Below, one piece after another: positions 23,501 to 35,300 of a DNA stretch of 64,000 nt. Position 1 is the first letter of the stretch. Each line of letters begins with the position of its first letter. Location: NCBI GenBank assembly GCA_043228905.1, contig JBHGNT010000007.1:11160001-11224000 (forward strand), read 5' to 3'. The position numbers and the translations under genes are program-made. This DNA comes from Azolla caroliniana (lineage: Eukaryota; Plantae; Polypodiophyta). The notes beneath the pieces were generated by a model that was not told where the DNA came from, did not search any database, and was given only the letters and a program-made list of their open reading frames with translations.

Positions 23501-25124
23501 CTTAAAGAGGACGTGGAAAGTGGCAGGACAACACACGGAATGTATAGGCTACACAAGGGCTTATTATGGAGTCAAAAGAGGGTGGTAATACCTAATGACA
23601 TGCAATTAAAGGCCAAGATCCTAAAAGAATTGCATGATGGACATGTAGGGCAAAAACTGACATTATTGGCCATAAAAATATATTTCATGTGGTCGAGAAT
23701 GGAAGATTATGAAGGCAAGGTATGTACGTACATGCAAGGTATGCCTGATGGTGAAACAAGGAGAGGGAAAACACTTGGACTTCTGCAACAAATGTTGATT
23801 CTAGCCAGGCCATGGGACATGATTAACATGGATTTCATCTTGGATCTACCTCCATCCAAGGGACACAACATATTGATGGTGGTCGTACTAGCTAAACCAC
23901 CTCTGGTAGTGAATCACATTGCTCATCTTTTCTTTAAGCACATTTTTAAGTATCATGTGTTGCCCGAAATAATTATCTCTAATAGAGACCCACGTTTTAC
24001 AAGCGGTTTTTGACGAGGGCTATTTCGGGTGTTAGGGCATGCAACTTCGTATGTCTTCATTGGCTCATCCACAAACGGATGGCCAAACCTAGAGGCTTAA
24101 TTAAGGTATTGAAGACTACATTTGATGCTACATCCTGGCTGATTAGGAAGATTGGCTGGATCTTGTTGACAAGCTGGAATTTTGATATAACAGGGCCATT
24201 CATTCGAGCACTGGTTGTTCTCCCTTTGAAATAGCAATGAGGAAAGCGGTACTTACGCCAATTCGTCAAATTCAGCATAAAGATATGAGGCCTACAACAG
24301 AGCTGGATATTGACAAATTCCTGGAAACATGGAAGCAAAAGATGGAAACATCAGAGGCCATCCTCAACAAAACAAAGACACAAATGATCGTTCACGTCAA
24401 CAAAAAACGAGAACATGTGGAATTTTTTCCAGGGGATCTCGTGCTTGTAAGTGCATCAAGCCGTTTATTGCCCGAGAGATTAACGCCAAAGTTCATCACA
24501 GGTTCTATGGTTCGTATGTCGTCACAAAGAAGATCAATAATGTGTCTTACAAACTTCAATTGCCAATGACATAAAAATATACATGATGTTTTTCACGTTA
24601 GTCTATTGAAAAGATTTCATTCAGATGCGAGAAGCAGAGCACAATAATATAGCTTATAAGCCAGAGGCAATTTTGAAGAAGCAAGTTTGACGGGGAAAAA
24701 GTCATCTTTTGGTCAAGTGGTAGGGACGATCAATAGCGGAAGCTTCATGGGTGACGGAAGAAGCATTGTGTCAAGCAGGGTTTGAATGGTTGATGGCACT
24801 ACTAAATCAACCCAATCTTTGTTAGCTAGCAATTACTTTAGTTTTGTGGTTGAAACTCTCTTTAATGGCGGAGAGTGTTACGACGGTATAGAATAAAGAA
24901 TCGTTCACTTAATATAAGTATAAAAGAAGAGGAACCGTTTTAGTCATGAAGCAATCCCTATTCCTCATTCCTTCATCTTCTTGAAAAAGGGGGCCTCCCA
25001 TTTTGGGAAGTGGAAATGTGCTCTCGCCTTCAATAACTATTAGTTATCATTCAATAAGTACTAGTTTGTGATTTCCTAAATTAATCTAGCTTATCTCCTT
25101 TAATTCCCGCGTCTCAACGTTACA
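20577..25124 (+). mobile_element. Decayed Ty3/Gypsy chromovirus (LTRs 20577-20821 and 24876-25124, PBS iMet 20824-20835)
   Basis: TSD CGCTC on both sides. MIDNGATHNF protease, YIDDLLIFS RT, EMLAIVYALRKWRHY RNase H, INMDFILDLP integrase. Chromodomain relic PEAILKK..LLVKW*G..EASWV at ~24660-24770. Confidence 0.92.
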
Positions 25125-26306
25125 CGCTCATTCCTGAGAACCTTGTGCCCTTAAAAAGAATGAATCTTCACATTGCACCACCCTACATACATACTACTAC
25201 TGACTGACTTATTGACTGCATGCATCACCATATTCTTCTTCTTCTTCTCCATATTCCATTTCATGTTTTGAGTTGATAAAGGCTCTACAACCTCCCTCTT
25301 TAAAAACTGCCATCATGATGACAAGCCACAACGTAGGCAACAACAGTTGTGTTACATTTTGGGAGTGGGGGCTTGGCTGCTCCTAGAAGATATAGAGATA
25401 GCATAAGTACTTAATTGAAGCCTTGAATCATAACGTATATATAAACTTGGAATTACTCCTAGTATGGTTGGTTGGTTATTCATTCGTACCCCTCCTTACC
25501 TCTCTGGCAGTAAAGTAAAGATTTATGGACAACATGGCCACTATTGTGCGTGATTATTAATGGGAGGAGGAAGTCTGAATAAAATTGATATTGAAGCATC
25601 ATCCTGTCCAGATCTCAATATCATTCTATGAAGGATCTATGTATTGATGGAGTTAGCTCCTCGATGTTATTTGGGGAGTTCGGACCGGCGTATACCCTTT
25701 TGATGGCGAATCGGGTGGAGATGGTTGTCGGGCATCTCTGAGCCTCACACTCACTTAACGATTAATAGATGATTAAGCACGATATCTCTCTCACTCTCTC
25801 AAGCTCGCTCTCATAGACAATAGGGTAATGAATATAGACAATAAGAGCAATGAATATGTTTATTAACCCTCTTTGCTAAGAGGTCTAACACCAACAAGGA
25901 AGAGAGATTAGTGTTCTCTAACTAAACATTTCACTAATCTCTCTTAAGCTTAAAGGTTACAAGACGGAGGAGAGGAAGCTCAAGCTCTTAATCAATTGGG
26001 AGATCTATACAAATGGAAAAACCCTTACAAAGCTACCACCACGTGGTTTATATAGCATTTACATTTAGGGTATGGGCCTTTCACACTTGGGTGTCCCTTA
26101 GACCTCTTTCCCCTTGCCACTCCCTCTTCGTAGGTCCTTTAGCCATACTACGTCCTTGTTGATGCACTCTTCTTCATTACCAGTTGTGGTGCGATCCAAG
26201 CGTTTAACATCCCCCCCAACCTAATGAGTGCACACTCCCGGGTGCACTGTGGGAGGCGGCGGGGATGATGTTGGAGACGACGCTAGGGGTTGAAGGGAAT
26301 GCCATC

Positions 26307-26930
26307 TGTGAAAGTGTTTTTAGAATTCAAGGTATTGAGGTCTACAAAAATATAAGGTATGGAGCATTCACACCCGAAGGCCAAGAACACGAGCTAAGGT
26401 TTCAAGTACAAGTCAAACTAAAAGCAAGAAAGATGGAGAAAAGTAAAAGAAGGAAAAAGCAGTCAGCAACAAACGCTCATAACTCTCTCGTTTGACACCC
26501 AAATATCACGTGTAAATATGGGTTAGAAAGCTTATGACGAGAGCTATCCGTAGCTTTTTAAAACTCTAAATTTGGAGCATGGATGAGGGAGATATGACGA
26601 TTAGAAGATCGTTGTGTCATAGCTAAGAATAGGAGATGGAAAAGCTCTAAAAAAAGCGTGGAAAAGAAAGCAAGCAAAACTTATCTACTAGAGGAGAACT
26701 TCATATAAAGCAAGAAGAGTGAGGTGGTGAGGAGAGTTTTTTTCTTGTGGTGTTTTTCTTGCCTATTCATGTAGTGCGTTTTTCTAGTGATCAATTCATC
26801 CTTGTAGGCTTGAGTTTATGTATCTTCTTTCTCTTGTTTCTATGATCATCACTCCTTATTAATATATCTTTGTAGATTTGGGTTTCTATATCTTCCTTCT
26901 CTCTCTTTTCTATCATCATCTCTCTTTTCA
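26307..26930. mobile_element. Solo LTR
   Basis: TGTGAAAG..CTTTTCA flanked by TSD CCATC (26302-26306, 26931-26935). Confidence 0.75.
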
Positions 26931-27065
26931 CCATCCACCGACAAATGACGGATTGGACGAAGTGGTGCAGAAGGGAATGTCATTCATCGACAAATGTAGC
27001 GTAGTGCAAACGTCGGTGACGTTGAACTGGAACTCAACAGGGGTAGCATCCGCGAAGGTCTGCGT

Positions 27066-28644
27066 TGTTGTGAAGATTCGCGCGTGCGTGTGCTACTCGA
27101 GCGACCATCGGGGTCTTGGACTGGGGAGGATGTTTGCAGAATTATCGAAGAGATGACGATCAATGTAAGATTAGATGATATTGGTTTACTTGAGAAGAAG
27201 AAAGATTGTACACTTGAGAAGTAGAAAATATGAAGAAGATAAAGACAAATATAATTATATTGATGATAATGGTGTTGGTGATATCACATATTGAGCCCCC
27301 CTTACACAAGCTCAAGTAAAGGCTTTTATAGGTCTTTCCCTACTTGTGACATGCACAAAACCATGGGCTAAAACCATGGTTTTGTGCACACAGTTTTGCT
27401 TATGTCATGCACAAACTATGGGTTTAGAACCATGGTTTTGTGCACATGGTTTTCTAATGGTTGTTTCATCTATATTTTATATATGATAAGTAAATACATA
27501 AAATCTACACTATATGATAGTTGTCCTAGTGGTAAGGCAATTATCTTGTATCTTAGAGGTGCAAGGTTCAAACCTTGCTTGCACCCCTTTGTATGAACTC
27601 AAGTGCCACTAGGCTTTAGGAGGCTTATTTCCTAAGTGTATGTGCAATGTTGCACATCCTTGGTTTATTCGTCTCACTTGGTTTCACACCGTAGCCGAAA
27701 ATCGTCACGACAACGCACAACACAAGCAAGATTCACATATAAGACAAGTAGATGAGAGGAAACATTCGTTTATTGCAAAAGAAATTGATTCTTTATAAAC
27801 TTAGAATCATGTTACAATGGATTGTATATGAAAATGAGAGATAAATCTTTTAAAGAAAGGACCCAACATCCATATAAGGAGTGGTCCAATATGAATATGA
27901 GAGATTTATTTATTTTTGACAAGGAAGATTGAGCAAGCCAAGTAAGCCAAAACTAGGAGTTTGATATCAATATGAGAGAGAATTTTTTTTTGGAATCGGA
28001 GAGAGAAGAAGAAAAGAAAAGAAAAGTAGAGGTAAAAAATGGAACATATATTGATCTCCCTTCCCAATGTTACTTTGCATGTCCACTTTTAGTTGCATGC
28101 TTCCGTTTTTAGTTGCATGGCCTTGGCTTTTAGTTGCATGAGACCGTCCGTATAATTCAGCCAAATGACCTAATCATCCATAAAGTTTAGCCCGTGCGCA
28201 ATCCGTACGTGCGTCCCGTCCCAAGCCGTGCATCATGAACCGCCGAGCCGCGCGCCCATCCTAACCGTGCACGCACCAAGTCGTGCGTCGCGAACCGCCA
28301 AACCACGCGTCCGTTTGAAACTTGCACACCACACATTCTAGCCCAAGTCATCTTGAACATTCTCTGCTCCACACATTGATATAATGAATAGGTTTTGGCT
28401 TTGTATATATATTGGGGAATCCAATGTTATCCTATCTATGTGGGATATCTCAAAGTTTTGTTTTTTTCCCTTTTCTCTTCAACCTTCTCACTCACATAAC
28501 TTGATATTTGTTTATCCATTTCATGCGTAGTAAAATACGTTATGAAGCTCTTAAAGACATCTATCTTTCCATATCAATACATTAAGCAAATCTTAAATAA
28601 TTATTTTATTAGTTTTCATATCGTGTGTGAAAAAACACACGACA
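27066..28644. mobile_element. Composite of two solo LTRs of the TGTCGTG..CACGACA lineage (27066-27712 and partial 27713-28644)
   Basis: Start TGTTGTGAAGATT. Ends AATCGTCACGACA (27712, followed by ACGC) and CACACGACA (28644). Outer 4-bp TSD GCGT. Confidence 0.75.
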
Positions 28645-28999
28645 GCGTGCGAACGTGGCCGATAGCGGGGTTGTATCCTGAGAGGTTCGAGGAGTTAGTC
28701 TCCTCGAATAGGGGTTAGAGGAGGAGGGGGTTCGATGAGAACCTCTCTTCGAACCTGTTAGGAGAGGTTCGAGGAGTTAGTATCCTTGAACCAGGGTTAG
28801 GGGGTTCGAAGAGAACCTCTCGTAGAACTGGTGGGTTCGGGGAGTGGGTCGTTCGAGTGTTGTCCGAGGATCTTTGTATATTTTTAAGGACCCAGACCTA
28901 TGACGTCTTTGTCGAAGGGACGAGGGGGGCTTGTGGAGTACTTTTATGGGGCGTTCGCCCCCCTAGATGTTTGGTCTTGTTGATTTCTATGGCCTTAAC

Positions 29000-31340
29000 C
29001 TAGGCAGGGTATTTGACCAATGTGTGCAATTGTCGAGTGTCCCGTGTAGTCGTGGTACGATCACGGGTGGGGAGCTGGCTTCGTTTTGGGACCCAGAACC
29101 TAGTGGCGCCTTTGTGCCAACCTTGGGTGATTGTGAGTGCTTTTCTGACTCGCCAAATAGCACATTCTCCACGGCGTGGTCCTTCAACAAAAACCGCGTG
29201 GATGTTCACCCATTTGCGTGGCGTGGGTGTCTTTTTTTTTATGTTAGTGTTGCTCTCATCATAGATGGCGGGTGAGTGTGTGCGTTCTGTTTGGTTGGGT
29301 GGTTTCGTGATTTGGGGTTCATCGAGGTATGTGGGATGTGATTCGAGTGTTGTTGCAACGAGTTTCTCGAACCTCACCCCATTTGCCGTTTGGAAGGAGA
29401 CGATGTTCTTGCTTGGCGACAGGAGGCATTCGCTTATGTGACACTAATCCAAACCGAGTAGGCACTGTGTGTACATCACTTCGGGTGGGAGTACCCGAAC
29501 TCGGATTGAGTGGTCGTTGTATTCTGTCCTGATGTTACACATGAAGGTTCCAAGGCAGCATGATGTGGAACCATTGAAGCCACGGAAGTTGTCGTTGCAT
29601 ACTTCGAGGTCTGGGCGACCTAGACGTCCCCATGTTTCAAAGGAGAAAAGGGTTTGTGATTCTCTTGTGTCGATTACCGCCGTTAAAGGTATGCCGTCGG
29701 CGAAGCATGGTAGTTGCATTGTCTCATCATTAGAGTTAACCGCCTTAGCCATGGCTACCGGGTGGGTGTCCCCTTGTTGTTTCAATTTCGCTTTCGCATT
29801 GCGAAGGTCAGTTTCGAGTCGGGCCATTCGGCCTTCAGATACCTTAAGTTCGGCTTCCACTTCTCGTTGCCAAGCCGTGAGTAGATCTTCGAGGGTGAGG
29901 GGTCCGTAGTAACGCTTGAGCTTGCTCCCATTGATGAATACGGGGACGTCGAGGCCCTCGAGCGTGCGTATTCGACATGCTCCTGTCTTGGTAATCTCTG
30001 AGACCACATATGGGCCTTCACCACGTAATTTAAGCTTCTTTTTGTGCCGTTGAGAGGCGAATTTGAGAGCCATGTCTCCTTCAACGAGATCTTTATCTCT
30101 TACTTCGTTGTCATGCCACGCCTTTCTATTGGCTTTCTCTACCAAGAGTTCTTGGAATGCGAGAAGGTGAGTTTCGGTCAGCCGTTCTAGGTTCTCTAAG
30201 CGTGACGGGAGGGGGTCCCCATCACATCGTTCTTGTACGACTATCCTCAGGTTAGGGACAAGGAATTCGATAAGCAAAACCGTTTCTTGTCCATATACTA
30301 GTTTAAATGGCGTGTGGCGAGTTGTGACTTTGTAGGAAGTGCGGAAAGCCCATAATGCCGCTTGGAGTTTGGTGCTCCAATCAGACCGCGAGCCAGCGAT
30401 TATCTTTGTGAGCACTACGCATAACACCTTATTCGTGCTTCCCACTTGTCCGTTGCACCAAGGGTAATAAGGGGAACTCTTGCAGTGTGTCACCATAAAT
30501 TCACCTAGTAGATGTGCTATCACTTCGTTAAGGAAATGGGAACCTTGATCGCTAATGATCTCGAGTGGACATCCAAACCGTGATATGACTTTTTCGTATA
30601 GGAATTTAGCGGTGCTACGTGCGTCGGCATTAACGCAAGCTTTAGCTTCAACCCACTTGGTAGCGTAGTCAATGGCAATTATTATGTATCGATTGAGGTT
30701 GGAAGTTGGCCTGATTGGGCCGATAAAATCGATACCCCATTTCTCGAACGGTTGCCATGTCACCACCAGGTTTAATGTGTTGAAATCCGCTTTTAGTGCA
30801 TGTTTGAAACGTTGGCACTCATCACATCGTCGTACATACTCATATGTGTCTTTGAAGAGTGTTGGCCACCATAGGCCGGATTGGAGGATCTTGCGTACAG
30901 TGACCTCGTCATTGAAATGACCTCTTCCGCTTCCGCAATGAGCTTGTTCGAGGATGGTGACGACGTCATGGTCCGTTACACACCTCTGAAGTACATCATC
31001 ATTACCTCTTCGGTACCACTTGCCTCTGAGCATCGTGAAGGGGCCGTATTTCCTTAACAAGACACGTGCATGCGCCCGACTTAGTTGTTTTAGGAAGGAC
31101 GCCCCTTCAGTTAAGACGCGAACGATGTCTGATGCCCATGTTGGTACGGTGTCGATCGTGAATAATGATGCATTTGGTGTTTCATCGTCGACCCTAGTGG
31201 CTTCTTCTCTGTTTGGTATTTGGGAGAAATGATCAGCGAGTACGTGGTCTTTTTCTTTTCACACCACCACCTTGAAGTCCAACTCGAGTAACGTTACGAT
31301 CCATCATGATATGCGTCCTGTGACATGAGTTTTGTTTACC
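29000..31340 (-). pseudogene. Outer element pol, 3' part: RNase H end, integrase, helical linker, then a second retropepsin-like domain (~29720-29380)
   Basis: HCGSGRGH..CDECQ, WGIDFIGP, SDQGSHF, GEGPY; then LTAVIDTRESQTL..FRGFNG..LLGLD*CH. The same frame continues to 29000. Confidence 0.88.
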
Positions 31341-32364
31341 ACGTTGTTGTGAAGATTTTCGGCAATAGTGTGAAAATCCCATAAAACGTACGAAATCGAG
31401 TATGAATCACATAATACAATAATTGTGAAGATAACATTTTAAATAAATTTAATATCTAAGTACAAAATGATGGAGGTTTCGAATGCACTTTATTACACGA
31501 GAAACGGTGTCGCGTTGGTACGCGCGTGCGTGGAGAACAAGTCGGGACCACTGGGGTCTTGGACTGAGGAATAGGTGAGAAGAGGGAGAGAGAGAGAGAG
31601 AGCGAGAGAGCGGGAGACGCTCACACACGTATAGAAAAGAAGCGCACGTGGACGTGGCCCAACAACACAGGAGACACGAGTTGAGAACACTAGCGTATGT
31701 ATATAAATATGTGTATGTATTTGTATGTATGCAGACGACTCGAACGGTTACAGCCGATCAGGTCGGCGAGATGGATGTCGGCGCCTGATCACCCACGCAC
31801 ACAGGAGAGCAAGATGGAGATTCTGCCGGAAGCACACGGGCATTCCACAGAGCAGGATCAGCCTCCTGAGAACCTGTGCAAAAGAAAGCTATGGAGAACG
31901 ACAAAGAAGAAGAGCTCGGTCCTAGTCCGACAGCACTTCGTCCCCTCTAGCGCACGATACCTTCTCTCCCTCGTCTCCCTCTCTTTTATAGCTCAAGGAG
32001 GGAGGCCGTTTCACCCGTTTACATCACATTAATTCTCTGTCCTTTCGGATAGAGATACTCCTCGATTTCCCCTATAGAATATTGCTACCTAGGATTTGAC
32101 CTTTGTGCCTACCTATCCACTATACAAGGGGCGTGCCCACGTGTAAGGGCCGGTTCACACACACTATACACGGTTTGCGCCTGGGGACGGTTTTCTTCAC
32201 GACATCCGCCCCCACCTAACCGCGCATCCACCGGTATGCGCCAAAATTGGGTTCCTACGGGAGAAAACCGATCCTTGCTTTTATCCCTCGTTTACCGGTT
32301 CATCCTCCGCCTTGGGCTGCTCGTCGTTGCTGTCCATGCCCCCTAGCTCCGGCTCACCGTCGTG

Positions 32365-35300
32365 TCATTTCTTGAACGCTTTGATCCTCTTCCCTGCTAC
32401 CGGTATTGCCATTCTCGTACCGTCGAGCTCTGCGAGATGGTACGTCCCATTGCCGTTGGCGCCTGTTACTACGTAAGGCCCGAACCACCTCCTCGCAAAC
32501 TTCTGCGTGGCCCTATGCTGATTGTCGAGGCTGCTGTCGTAGACTAGCACCCAATCGCCTTCCTCGATCTTCCTTGGCCGGAGCCGGTGTATTCGGTCGA
32601 ACCGGGCTTTGTTCCTTATCCTTGCTACCCGAAGTTTCTCCGCGGCAGGCTCAATGTCCTCCGGCCTTCGCTCGAGCTATCAAATCCGCGCCGCCAACAT
32701 TTCCTCCCGGCTCATCTCATCCCTCCAGTCCACCGTGGCCCACGAGGAGATCGTTCGCTTTGTTGGCATGATCGGTTTCTGTCTGAACATAAGCTCGGCC
32801 GGCATGAACTCGGTTACCGAACTGTGCGTAGTCTGGTCCGCCCACAAGGCATAAGGTAGCAGCCGTGGCCAGTTCCCGACTTGACCTCCACACGCCCGTA
32901 CTAGCGCTTTGACAATTGGCCCGTGTCCGCGCTCCACCTTCCCATTCGCCTCCGGATTGTACGCTGTGGTGAGTGTAAGTTTGACTCCTAGCCGGTCGAA
33001 TAGCTCTTCAGCCTCTTCTGCGTCCAACTCACCACTGTCAGCCACAATCTTCCCTACACACCCGTATCGGCATACGCCGTCCTCAATCAAAAACCGGCAT
33101 ACGGCTGTAGTCGTCTTGTTCTGCAGGGCTCGACCTTCAACCTGGTTTGTTAGATCCTCCCGAGCCAGCACCAAATACCGCATCTGTCCTACCCCCATTG
33201 GCATCGTCACCAAATCCACCATCCATTTGAAGTGGACGGTCGGAGGGTAGGTCGGGTGGAGCTCGTCCCGGTGTCGGATCATGGAGTGTACCTGGCAGCT
33301 TTCGCAAGTCATCACGAACCGATGCACGTCCCGGTATAGTCCCGGCCACCAGTACTTCCCTTTTAGCTTTTCGAACGTGGCCCACGTTCCACGGTGTCCA
33401 ACCCAAGGACTATCGTGGTACGCCGCCAGCAAATCCTCCTGTTCCTCCTTCTTCGCCACCACTCAGAGCGGGATGTCGTTCCTCTTCTTCAGGTGCCTCC
33501 ATATGTACCCGTCCCAGAGAAAGAATCGGTAGGCTTTCTTCCGAATCCGGTTGGCCTCGTCCGTTGTCCATGCCGCGTCCGGTGTCATTGTTTTAAGGAA
33601 CCCACCGATCTGCAGCCACTCCCCGTCGTACTTGCTCTCGTCAAAATCATTAAGCGTTGGAGTGCATTCCCTGCCGGTTGTTACGTGAGCCGCCTTGAAG
33701 AAGTCCACGCCGACTTCCTCGTCCTCCAAAACCATGCCGCCCTCGTTTTCGAACCTCTCCCTTGAAAGCATGTCGGCCATGGCATTGTCTTTCCCGGAAA
33801 TGTGTTGTATTTCTGGATTCAGGGACTTGATGTACGCTATCCACCTGAGCATTGCCAGGTCTGACGTCACGCATCTGGAAACCATGCCAAGAATTGGCAG
33901 GCAGTCCATCTCGATAATTACCTCTGCCCCGATCAGGTAGTCTTTATCGGCCTTTACCGCCGAAACGATACCCCAGAGCTCGCGTTTAACCTGGGCGTAT
34001 CCTCGTTGTCGCTTGCTGAGGACCTTTGCGCTGAACCGGATCGGGAAACGCATGTCGTCCTCGTCCTCTTGGTTGACGACCCATCCGATCCCGGTCGGAC
34101 TCGTGTCTATCGTTACGTAAATCGGAGTGTCCTTTCCGTAGACAGCCTTTCGGAGCGCCGGAGCTCCGGCAAGTGCTTCCTTCATCTTTCGGACAGACTC
34201 CGTATGCTCGTCTCTCCACTCGAAATTTCGCCCCTTTTTCAGCAACCCGTATAACGGCTCCGCGACATGAGCGTAATGCGGGATCCAAATGTGGTAGAAC
34301 GCGCACGCTCCCAAGAACCTCCGAACCTCCGTGACTGAGCTACAATCGTCCTTCATCGCGGAGATGGCTTCTACCTTAGCTGGAGACGGTTTCCAGCCAT
34401 ACGACCCGCATAGGTGTCCGACGAGCATGATCTCCGATTGCCCGAAGGCCGATTTTCCCCCGGAGAAGGTGAGCCTCACGCCCTCCAACCTCTGCAGCAC
34501 CTTCTCGCAGTCATCGATGTGTGTTGCCACGAATTTCCGGCACCCGTCCGGTCCGATTGTCTCGTCCCTTTCCTCCACTGGGCATCCCTTGATCGGGACG
34601 TCGTCCATAAACGGCATGGTGATGTCCGGGATACAATCCCTCAGCACCTTGTTCATTGCGTTCACCATGTGAGCCACCGAGTTCATCCCTCCTTGTGGTA
34701 GGGTACACATCCGTACTAGGCCGAGAGGAGTTCGCATTCTCGTGATGTCTCTGCTCTCTATGGCTAGCTGGAACTGATCGTACCCCGAGTAGAGATCACC
34801 GACTGAGTAAATCAACCTTCCAGCGAAGGCCTCCGTGAACTCGTCTATTGTCGGTCTGATTCCTGCGATTCGAATGGTCACCTTGTTGAGCGGCTGCAGG
34901 TCTTGAATAAAGCGCAGCATGCCGTCCTTCTTTGGCACGGTAAACCACCGATTCGAGTATGGGGCACTCGACAGTTCGAGGATTCCCATCTCGACCTTCT
35001 GCTTTAACAGCTCCATCAGCTTCGGGATGTGAGCTCTGGGTACTGGAATCGGTTTGAGACTCCACGGCACATGCGGTACCGTGAATATCACCATCGGTTC
35101 CACGACTGTCGGGTCTACACACCCGATCTCCTCCGGTGAGAATGCGAAAGCCTTCCCGTGCCTTCCGAGCATTCCCCGAAAACGGTCCTCTTCCGCTAGC
35201 AGTAGAAAGCCGCCCCCACCGATTTTGAGCTCGCGCAGCGTTATGTCCGTGAACGTGTGTCCTATGCAGGCCGGATTTTGTAAACTCGGGTCCGACGCAA

